Origin: Lama glama
Taxonomy: Eukaryota
DNA length: 64,000 nucleotides
Reading direction: 5' to 3'
NCBI GenBank assembly: GCA_028534125.1
Contig: CM052816.1
Coordinates: forward strand, 72,294,001-72,358,000
The notes below the pieces were generated by a model. The model saw only the letters and a list, made by a program, of their open reading frames with translations, did no database searches and was not told where the DNA came from. The position numbers and the translations under genes are program-made. The stretch's first letter is position 1. Each line of letters opens with the position of its first letter. Positions 53,601 to 64,000 of this stretch are shown here, one piece after another.

Positions 53601-55258
53601 GCCTCAAACAGAGTGCTTAGAATATATTCTGGCAAGGTCAGCTCATCACTTCCTTCTGGCGGGGATGACTTCAGTCACGCCAGTTGCATGTACTCACTTC
53701 ATTCCTCCCTCAGGAGCACCCTAGTGGTACTGTACTAGGTACTCATAAACTATTAGTGGAGTGATTATAAATTCTGATTGACAGTTCTCATCTGTGGTTA
53801 AATGTAAGACTGTAGATCATTTGGTTTCATCAAAACATATTCCCTTGGTTATGGAAGGTATGAGAACCACTGACTTATAGATTGCTCTGTCATCTTTCCT
53901 ATGATTACTTGAACATTTATACTTTCATTGGTGACATAACCTTTCTCTTATTTGTATCTTTTCATTATTAACAGTACCTCATTTAACACTCGGCTGGTCA
54001 GCATTTCTCATGAAGGAGAGGGTGATATGTGCAACTGTGTTTAGGCCCATTGTAAATAAGGAAAATAGAAAACTTCCCACATTGTAACATTAATTGCCTA
54101 AAGACAGAACCCATGAAGAAATGCTATTCTCCAACCCTATTTTTACCCCTTATTATCTTCGGGTAGTAGAATGCCAAGAGCATTTAGAAAATGTATTTAG
54201 TCTAGAAATCAAATTTTAGCAATTAAAATTGATCTTTTAATTTTGCACACTGACCCTCCACAAAATAAAATCTCAAAATACAGTATAACAAGTGATTATC
54301 AAACAACATCCATAAAATTTATCAATAGTTAAAAATTTAGACAATTTCACACATCCTCTCTCTGCTGGCAAACCAAACAAATAAAAAGGGAAAACAGAAC
54401 ACAAAACTTGGTAAAATTAGTAAGAGAATAAAAACAACAGAAGTCACCTTTGTTGATGTCTAATTTCCAATGTAAGTGCACATTCTATAGTACATCCTTT
54501 GAGGTCATTCAGGAGGAACTGATTTCACCATGGTTGGCTACTGGTTGGCTTTTTATTGCTTTGCTTATGTTCTTATGTTTTAATTATCTTTACAAAGATA
54601 TTCACAGCCTTAAAATTTAATTCTTCTAAATTCAGTGCTTATTTTTATTCTATTACTAATGGCACCTGCTTCAAACTTTAAAATATTTATCACAATGAAT
54701 ATTAGTTTTTGTTTTTTTAAAAAACCACACGAATATTAAGTTTTGTTTTTTATCTCATTTTCTTTCCTACACTGTTCTCTTTTTCTTAAATTTCCTTTCT
54801 TTTGTCTCATGTTTTCACCTTCTCCAACTCTTTTCATAAATGTATGTCCACTAGAGATTTTAAGTCCTGAAAATTTTGTCCCTTCACTCAAATGCCATCT
54901 AAAAGTAAACTTTGAAAAAAAAATTGTTCTAAAGTAACTTAGTAGGTTGGAATAAAGAATAGGCATGAAGACAGGAAGTTTCTTTCTTATCCAAAGCATG
55001 TAACAGTTTATTACAATACTTATAGTTGTTAATAGGCTTAATAATAGAAGACCTTTCTTCTGTTTCTACATTACTGATAGTTATATTGTGCTACCTACTC
55101 CAACTATATATCCAAACTTCTATAAATTAGTTCATTTTATATAGAACAAAAACTACAGAAAGAAAATCATATATTAATGAGAAACTGAAAGGAGAAATTA
55201 TCTTCAACCCTCTATTCAAACTCTTTCAGTGACATACATTTCTCTACATTTTTCTTAG

Positions 55259-55386
55259 TCCCTGAACTTCATGGAAAAAACAAACCATTGATCAATTATG
55301 TGGGGGATTCAGTTGTCTTGAAGTGTAAATGTCAAGATTGTTTTCCTTTAAATTGGACTTGGTACAGTAGTAATGGGAGTGTACAG
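55259..55386 (+). CDS. EMB: Embigin coding exon 5 (Ig domain 2, N-terminal part; VPELHGKNKPLINYVGDSVVLKCKCQDCFPLNWTWYSSNGSVQ)
   Basis: ttttcttag acceptor, CAG|GTAAGA donor, 128 nt, embigin-type CKCxxC and NWTW motifs. Confidence 0.96.
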
Positions 55387-57542
55387 GTAAGATCATATTT
55401 CTTTTATTTGAAGAAAACAAAAACTTTTATTTGGTAAATAATAAGATTATAATATACTCAGAGTTCTTAGGACTATTTATACCTGTTATCTTGTTCTTTA
55501 ATATGTATTCATGAAGAAAAAACAGTGATGAACTGAGATGTCATGTGATGTTTTCGCATATTACATTATACATCTGAAGATGCTCTTAATGTTTCATTAG
55601 TTGGTACTTTGTTTTTTAGATTTAGAAATTTATTTAAATTCTATGAAAGGAAGTTAGAGTTCATTTTTTTTAATGAGTTTAGCTATAACCTCAACAAAAA
55701 AGTTTTTTTTTTCCTTATCATTCCATAAAAGTAACTAGGAGGGAAAAAAAAGGAAATTTTCTTCTCCTGCTTCTGTCTCTGGAAACATTTGATAGAATAC
55801 AACATAATGGCACCATTTGAGAAGAGAATGAAAATATCATAACTTAAACTTAGGTCTTGGGTTATTCAATAAGTGTCATTGACCTCTTTTGGCTTTTTTT
55901 TTTTTTAAAGAATTAAAGGCTTTTCAGAGAGCTGATATTAAGGAAAACATCAGCATTTAAGAAATTATTTCTGATTCCCTTCCTCCCAAATAGCCTCTAG
56001 TAGCAGGGAAATTTAGGATGTTGTCCTTTAAGGGACACACTTCTATTGCCCTGGTGCTAATAAGCATTGAAATTAAAGTCCTGTACAATCAACTCTAGAA
56101 GGAACAGTCTGAGACAGTGTAGATTTTACAATGAAATATTACATTTTTTCTTAGACTACATTGATGCTCTCGTAGACCATTGTTGACGACAGAGGAAGGA
56201 CTTGAAGAGTGACTCTGTGATAACATTGGTTTGAGTTTTCAAAGAAATAGCTCAAATCACTTAGGAGTAGACTTAAACCATTAATATCTGTACCTATCTT
56301 ATTGATGCTCAGGAAAGACAATCATTGTGTATGTAAATATTTTTAAAAAGTATGTAAATTTGTAAAAACAAGTAACAGCTGTAGTTTTTGAAATACATAG
56401 CCTAATTTATTTATGCATATGTGATACTAGACAAAAAACAGCCTAAATTTAGTTAAATTAAACATGTAGAATGTAGTTTGTGCTTCTCTCCATTTGCTAT
56501 ACTAAGTTTCTCTCAGTTTGGCCCTAAGCATGTGTCATATTAGGGTGAGAAAAGTGCAGGGAAGAGGACACAAGTCAAAACTTTAGGTCAAGTGTTTTTG
56601 TCAAAATGTAGGTGGACCATCTGCATCAGACTCCCTGGGGTGGCTATGAAACATGTGGTACTTCGATGTTATCAGCTCTGAGTTGGAGAGCACAGCTGTA
56701 GCAAGAGTCACGGGCAATGTTGTGCACCCAGAGCCAGGCTCCAATAATTTTTTTGGCCAATAATAAACTTTCAGACAGTTCTTCATCAGATAACTTCCAA
56801 GCATATTTGTATGCAGAATAGCATTTATTAGCCTGAGAATAAAATTTAATTTAAATGGATTAAATAATCAGCCCCCAGACAGCTTCATATGGCTCTTGAG
56901 ATGCTGAGGAAAACCCAGTGAATCTCAGAAGCCAACTTGTCTGAGACAGAGAGAGTTTTGGATATGATAAGACAGAAGGTGTGCAGACTTCCACGTATAG
57001 CAGGCTCACAGGGGATTTCTACCATTCCTTCCTTATCAGCATCAAAGCCTGAAGATTTGATCATCAGTTCCAGTCTGAGGAACTTCCAGTGTCAAGAGCC
57101 AGTGATATTCTTTTACAGGAATGGTCAGATTTAATAGCTTCATGAATTTAATAGCTGATTTAATGAATCTATGCCTGCGCTTATGAAGGAGGAAGTATTT
57201 TGAACAGCTTAGTCAGGGATTAGAACGTGAAACCTGGATGGCTGAAATTTTTCTGTGCTTCTAATTCTCATAGAATATTTCCTCACAATGATTTGCACAC
57301 TGTAGTTCCAAACATTCATTGCCAAGTACTTAAAGCAAAGTACACTTTTCCTTTGCTTGCTACCTCTGAGAGATCAAACTCTGATAAGACTTGAGCTCTG
57401 TATGTATAACTTCTCTCAAATTTTAATATGCCTTTTTCTGATAAGCAGTTTTCTTGGCACTTTCACTCAAAACTAGATAACTCAGGACATGTATCTTTTA
57501 TGCTGTATGATAAGAATGGATTTTAATGTCTCCTTATATTAG

Positions 57543-57822
57543 GTTCCTGTTGATGTTCAAATGAATGATAAGTATGTGATCAATGGAAAAAATGCTAATG
57601 AAACAAGGCTCAAGATAATGCAACTTTCAGAAGAAGATCGGGGGTCTTACTGGTGCCATGCAATATTCCAATTAGGGGAGAGTGAAGAACACATTGAACT
57701 TGTCGTGCTGAGTTATTTTGTGCCCCTCAAAGCATTTCTTGCAATAGCTGCTGAGGTGGTTCTTTTAGTGGCTATTATTCTGCTTTGTGAAATGTACACC
57801 CAAAAGAAAAAGGAGCACTCAG
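57543..57822 (+). CDS. EMB: Embigin coding exon 6 (Ig domain 2 C-terminal part, transmembrane helix with Glu271, basic stop-transfer KKK)
   Basis: TAG acceptor, CAG|GTAGGA donor, 280 nt, DxGSYWC motif, TM FLAIAAEVVLLVAIILLC with the intramembrane Glu typical of basigin/neuroplastin/embigin. Confidence 0.97.
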
Positions 57823-58631
57823 GTAGGATTACTTTTTTTTAGATAACATTCTCATGTTATGAGTTAATACATTGGCTTTAGAGTTTTTGGGGAAATTTTA
57901 ACTTTTGTCATTTGTAGTGGTATTTATGTTAATATCAATGGTGACAGTGAGCTATGAGTGTGTATTAATGGTCTTACTGTTTCAACATCCTAAACATTTT
58001 TAGTGTTAAAATATACCTTTTTAATCCTTTCTTTGGTGTTATGAGTACCAACACACCAATTAGGTGATAAGTGATTTGATACTGGAATATTAGAAAATTC
58101 TATGGTTGTTTAATATAAAAGATCTCAAAGACAAACAATTATTTTCTCACTTAGATAACTCATTTTAAAAATTGTTTTATCAAACATTCTGGAGTTCTTA
58201 TAAAAGAGACATCATCCTGTCAGTTTTCTGTGTTTATAGCCTGTAACTGATGGATTACAGGCTGAGAAACCAACAGTTCCCTAGGGAAATTTGTCTTATA
58301 TTCTGTATACTTTCCTGATTTTGTACTAAGTTTTTAATAACTTAAATAGTTACAGATCAATCAATCAATCGTATTTTTGAAAATCTCAGGCACTAAACTA
58401 GGCTTGATGAAAGCTAAAGCTGCAGGCAATTTTGCACTGGGAGAACAGGGAAGGAGGCGGGCATGATGGAGGCGCAGCTGTCTAATGTAGCATGTCTCTT
58501 TCATTCCAATGAAGGGAAACAGCGCAGGCATTCAGAGGGTGTTGAATTCAGGGGAAAGTTGAATTGCGCATATATGCTCTGTAAGAATTTTAAAGCAATT
58601 TTAATAGTTAAATTCTTCTTTTGTTACACAG

Positions 58632-58665
58632 ATGATGGGAAAGAATTTGAACAAATTGAACAGCT
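58632..58665 (+). CDS. EMB: Embigin coding exon 7 (cytoplasmic; DDGKEFEQIEQL)
   Basis: ttacacag acceptor, CT|GTAAGT donor, 34 nt, matches recalled EMB tail DEGKEFEQIEQL. Confidence 0.95.
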
Positions 58666-58834
58666 GTAAGTATTATTTTTTACAGATTAGTTTTAACTTG
58701 AGTAAAATTCAGATAAAGATGAAATCAAATAAAATGTTTGTAGTTAGAGAAAAAAAGCACAAGAGTATATTACCTGTCTGTTATTTTCTGTACATGTCCA
58801 TGTTGTGCTTAAGAATGGCATTTGGCGTTTGCCT

Positions 58835-59192
58835 GCCTGCAGCAGAATCCCCCTCCACCACTTATTTTCACCTACCTGTGCTTCAGTTTTCTCCTCAACA
58901 AAATGGGTTTAATGATAATACTTACCACATGGGGTTTTTGGATTAAATGACTTTCTGTGTGTAAAAATGCTTAGCATAGGCTTTGGTAACCATAAGGAAG
59001 TATCATTTGTGTAAAAGCAATGGTTCTCAACCCTGGTTATAATTTTTGATCACTTAGGATGTCCCTTAAAAATTACTCAGACCTAACTGGATCTCTTGGA
59101 TCAAAACCTCTGGAATTGTGCCTGGGCGTCTGTATTTCTTTAAAGTGTCTGTCACTGATCCTGATTTTCTGTAATGTTGAAAATCACTGGGC
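58835..59192. mobile_element. MIR fragment followed by a MER5-type hAT element in EMB intron 7
   Basis: cttcagttttctcctc...aaaatggg...gattaaatga (MIR), caatggttctcaaccctgg...gttgaaaatcactg (MER5 TIRs). Confidence 0.65.
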
Positions 59193-61225
59193 TAGAATTC
59201 TATTACTCATTATTTTTGAAAATGCACAAGTGTGCCACTATTTTACTTACAGTCCCCTTTGTTTAGAGTTGAACATGAGGAGAACTGGGAAGAAAATACC
59301 AGGGATGTAATGTGGTTTGGTGAAGGTGGGAGTTGCTAGTTCCACCAAACCAGAGACCTGAGAGTGGAGCCCAGGGATGGGGATGCCCAAGACTAGGGTT
59401 CAGTCAGAGTAACAGAGCCACGGCTCAGGACCAGGAAAATGAGACCCTATCCAAGCAGCTGAAAGAAACCTAGGAAGTGGGAGGCCTGAGCAACCATCAC
59501 CAACACAAAATGCAGCACTTGAAGTTTATCTCTGTCAGCCAGCCGGGGCTCTGAGGTGGGAGAGCTATGGCCACTGTTAAAGAGCAGGTGCGGGGCAGAC
59601 GGTTGTCATGCAGATGTGTAGATACTATTCAAATAGTTATTTTTTACTCAATTCACACAACAGCAGGTAAAATAAATCAACAGGATATGAGCTTCTATCT
59701 GAATTAAGGGCATGAAATAATTGTATCAGGAGTTCCATAATCCCAGGCAGGAAAAAAGCAGTGTTGTCTAAGAATCAGAGACTCTCATGGTTGGAAGAGA
59801 ACTGAACCGCTTTTTGAAGAACTTGGACATCTTGTTTATACTGATTTCAAAGTTTTTTTATTTCTGGTTCACATGCGTTTATTACCTTTCTTATACTTGG
59901 AGTCATATTACAAAACATGACAGTCATTCAGGTATTTGAAACAGTTACAACCTTGCCCAGATTCTCCCAGCTCAGCCTCCCCAGTGTTTCTGTCCATTCC
60001 CTTGCAGTCACATTTGGGTCTCAGCGCATTCTGGTTTGTTTAAGACAGACTCTGAAAGGATGGTGCTTGAACAGTATGGAGTAGACAATCAATTCTTAAT
60101 AATTTAATTTTCATTTGCATAGCCCACTGTATTTAAATAATATTCTAAATGTAGTTTTTCTTATAATATCTTAGGAGCAATGTCAAACTGATTTGATCTA
60201 TAGTATAATGAATTAATTTTCTTTTCATTTATTGATAATTGGAATGTTGTACATTGTTTTCTCCATCCTATACTGTTCCACAGAGATCACTGACAGTGTT
60301 TTGGTTTTCTCATCTTTAGGTTATTTCAGAATCTTTAGATTTAATACAAGGATTAAGGACACTTGTACTCAATCAGAGCAAACTTTTACCAATGCCCTTT
60401 TAGAATTTTTGGTTAGGTGATAAACTTTTCTTTACAGAGATTATTTATCAGTAAAATTTATATATGATGTTTATATATATGTTTCGATACCAGTTATTTG
60501 TAGAGTTTCTTGGTGAAAATGACTTTTAAAAATAGTACCAAGCGTGTAACATCCAAACAAGCTAGTCACTTCAGACAGTTCGATGAGGAGCTCACTCATT
60601 TATCTGATCCACTCAGATGTGTAATCCATACAATCTCACCTACGCGCCCCGTCCCCCAAATTCTGACATAATTGATTAGGTGGTTGAATTAATTATCTGG
60701 TGATACTAGCTTAATGAGCTCAAGCCTTCCCAGAACATCTAAAAGTGTAGTCATTATGTATCCTAGTTTACATTCCTGTCTTAACAATCTGGAGCCCACG
60801 TTGCAGTGCACAATGGGTAGATAAAGAACCATGTTTAACTTCTAATTCAGTGAATAAACATGTTAAATTACAGCACCCGTATCTCACATATTGGCTGAAT
60901 CTCCTGATTGGTTATTATCTTGCATGTGTCAAAGCAACATGTAAGTTATGGCCATATACCCAAGCCTCCACCATGCTTGGGGAGAAGCAGTTCTCCCTCT
61001 GCAGAAAATAAACAGGCCTTTGTCACTTTCATCTGTGGCAACAATTCCCCCCCCAAGCAATGGCACACAAACAAAATCAACATTATGAATAAATATTTTT
61101 AGGAAGAATGAATTCTGTCTGTATTGACCTTTTATAGTTTATCCTGATGGCCATGATATAGATGACATACTGATGTTTACTGCACTGTAAACATCTAGCA
61201 ATTTTCTTTTTTGCTTTCCATACAG

Positions 61226-61280
61226 GAAATTAGATGACAGCAATGGTATAGAAAATAATGCTCCCAGGCACAGAAAAAAT
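61226..61280 (+). CDS. EMB: Embigin coding exon 8 (cytoplasmic; KLDDSNGIENNAPRHRKN)
   Basis: Pyrimidine tract plus tacag acceptor, AAT|GTAAGT donor, 55 nt. Confidence 0.95.
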
Positions 61281-61863
61281 GTAAGTTGCTTCTAAATGAT
61301 ATTTCAAATAAAAGCTAAAATTCAATATGCATAGGCTATCTATTAATCCATCTACATTTTTTAACTTCATAAAAAACCTAGTCATTCAGTATGTGCTTGA
61401 ATATGCTTTTTTTTTACAATATTATAGGAAAATATAGTTATACAAAAATAAATGGCATCTTTTTCCACCAGAGAACGTTACAACCAGTCTAAAATAAACC
61501 TATTGCACCGCAGATAATATATTTTTTCACCTGTCACCATAGGCTAGTTTCTTTTACGATTTTTAATGTAGTCTTATTTTTTTCTTTCTCAGTCTTTATG
61601 AATTCTGCTATTTTATTCTCATATATTCCCATATATTTGTGCTATGAATGAATCAATATTAGCTTATTCTCTTTACTGATTAGAATCAAAATTTTCGTAA
61701 TTCATCAACATTTTCTTTCCTGAGTATTTAGAATAGGAACTGTTGGTTTTGGCAGTACTTTGGATCACCTCTTCCCAGAAATCTCTGCTTTGCTAAAGTG
61801 ATAAGTTATTGTAGAGTAACTAGGATATGCTAATTATGTTTCTTTATGCTTTATGAAACTCAG

Positions 61864-61881
61864 GAAGCTGTGGGCCAATGA
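61864..61881 (+). CDS. EMB: Embigin coding exon 9 (EAVGQ-stop)
   Basis: ctcag acceptor then GAA GCT GTG GGC CAA TGA, similar to recalled human end ESLGQ*. Exon sum 987 nt = 328 aa + stop. Confidence 0.9.
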   Translation, partial: EAVGQ

Positions 61882-64000
61882 ATGAGAAGCATCATGTCAA
61901 GAGTCATGGGAAGATGCACAAAGAGTTTAGATTTCAGCTTTGCTTATGGCTTCCTGTTAAGAACACCCGAGTTTCTATTTTTAAAAGGATGAAAATTTTA
62001 TGCAAAATGCTCAGCAGCAGCTTTGTAAATAATATATGCTATTTCAGATCTAAAGATATATTTTCATTCTGTAATTATTTTGCATTAAAGCAAGGTAAAT
62101 TGTATTAAATATGTTCTATGAGCTGTAACCCAGGATAATTCATTACATTTTGGTCCTTAAGGGACACAAAGAACAGACACCAGCAAAACCAAATAGTACA
62201 CAGAGCCAGTGTCACTGAAGACCTGCTTATAACCAAAGAATCTATTAAAGACAAAGCCTTTGCCATTTCTCTTAAAACGTCTTTTGCCCCAATCATGTTT
62301 ACTATGTATAGAAGTATTTGTATTAATTTTCATGTAAAGTCAGTCCTTCAGTCATATTGAAAAAAAGTCTCCTCAATGGGAAATAAGTACCTTTTGCCTT
62401 TGTTAATGATGGTTACCCTACAATCTCCACCAAAAAAACCCATACTTTTCCTCCAAAAATATTGGTTTAAGGCAAGGAAATAAAACCATACACTTGCCCC
62501 AATATCCATCACTCCAAACCAGATTTTTCAGTCTTATTCCAGTCATCTCCACTGTTTTTACACCAGGCTAAAGTGATTATTAGTCTTTATAAAGAACATT
62601 TTTTTTTAAAGCCACTGGTTTTGGCTGTCTTGAGTTACAGCAAGTGTTGACATTGCAGGATACAGGTCCACACAGTCACAGGTGAGCACTGTTACAGAAC
62701 GTGCTTCTGTAGTTCATGGTTTCCTGGTGTCCATGGCTGGCTAAATATCTAAAAATGCATTATTAGTGCTTTATAATACTAATGCTTTTGTCTGAAATCA
62801 AGAAGTACTAAAGTACTAAGGTACAAAAATAGAATACTTTGTTTCTATTGCATATATAACTGAATTATTTTATAAAAATCACTGTAACCAAACCCAGTGG
62901 AATCTGAATAGACAGGAAAAGTTGTCAATGGCTCTGAATGGTAATATATTAATATCATATAGCACAATACTAGGTTAGGTTGAATATTGTGTGAAACCTG
63001 CTGGGGATCCTTGGTGCTGGTGAGTCCACGGTCCCCCTGCTTGTGGTGCAGCAGAGTAAAGAACAGCCATAGACAAAGAGGGAAGAGTTGGGGATGGTGG
63101 CAAAGAACCCACAGTCTTGGTGACTAGGGGATTAAAGCTGGAAAAAGAGAAGTTCAGTTGTTTGGAAAAAAATATAGAAATTTATACATTGTTCTGGCTG
63201 AGAAAATTATAATAAAATTCTAGTAGTGAAAATTATACCTTATAGGGCATCTTAACTAATGTTAAAAATATTACTGGTCTGAATAAAGTGTGACTTGGAA
63301 GCTACTCATTATTTGGTTGCAACAGTGTTTTGTGTAAAGCATGTTAATTATACACCCAGGTTTTTTTTGTTTATTAAGTTATTTTTTGAGGGGAGGGAGG
63401 TAATTAGGTTTATTTACTTATTTAATGAAGATACTGGAGGTTGAACCCAGGACCTTGTGCATGCTAAGCACGTGCTCTACCACTGAGCTATATGCTCCCC
63501 TCCTAAGTTCTGCTGAATAGACTACATCCTTTAAGTAATGGCAGATTTCATCTTATTCTTGTCTCAGAGCCATAAGCCATGGATTTGTTTTGGTTTAATT
63601 AATTATTAATATGGTAAAGTGATCTCGTGTGGTATCTATATGATGGCAGACAACCAATCAGTTTACTTAATTAATCTAAACAATTTGAATTCAGTGCAAA
63701 ATTAGTCAGATATTCTATATTAACTAAGTCCAATACAAAACAGTATACTTGTGACTGGATATATACAAAACCAGAAACAATATGTAGCTCATATGCAGTA
63801 TGCATTCTTCTGTTTTGCTACCACTATTTAGGCTAAAATAGTTTTCAAGCAAGAAAAATTGCTGCCCTAAGGTAAAATAATCTAAAATACTTATTTAGTA
63901 AATTGAATTTTTAAGTGTCAGTGCTTGCTACTTTTCCTAGCAAAGACAATTCACTTTCAGTAACTTTAAGCAGAAAAAATACTCAAGAAATTAAAGTTGA
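61882..64000 (+). other. EMB: EMB 3' UTR (end not determined) with candidate poly(A) signals
   Basis: AT-rich sequence after the stop codon, AATAAA at 62479, 63211 and 63282. Confidence 0.6.
63381..63503 (-). mobile_element. tRNA-Ala-derived camelid SINE (vic-1-like) downstream of the EMB stop codon
   Basis: Same consensus, taagtt on both flanks. Confidence 0.88.

Noticed and set aside
57823..57842. Exon 6 read-through ending GRITFF*
   Set aside because: Good CAG|GTAGGA donor and no nearby canonical poly(A) signal seen, so retention would probably be an NMD target

Overview
Mammalian genomic DNA, very likely camelid (alpaca or camel), inferred from four copies of a tRNA-Ala-derived SINE resembling vic-1. 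The only gene I can support is embigin (EMB), an Ig-superfamily type I membrane glycoprotein of the basigin/neuroplastin family. It is complete on the + strand: 9 coding exons (30204..61881), all GT-AG introns with matching phases, a 987-nt CDS, and a 328-aa protein with signal peptide, two Ig domains, a Glu-containing TM helix and a short cytoplasmic tail. Exon 1 lies in a CpG island. The upstream ~29.5 kb is gene-free, repeat-rich intergenic DNA (ERV1/ERVL/MaLR LTRs, L1, L2, MIR, DNA transposons, microsatellites). A 500-N assembly gap (41382..41881) falls inside an L1 in intron 2. Repeat family names and human comparisons come from recalled consensus sequences, not from a search. I see no convincing new biological system. 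The best leads are a Pro-to-Ala change in the family-conserved TM motif, a possible last-intron isoform ending in a PDZ-like -VSCF, an L1 inserted next to a weak, frame-symmetric exon 2, and a young 35-bp minisatellite inside an L1 ORF1 fossil.
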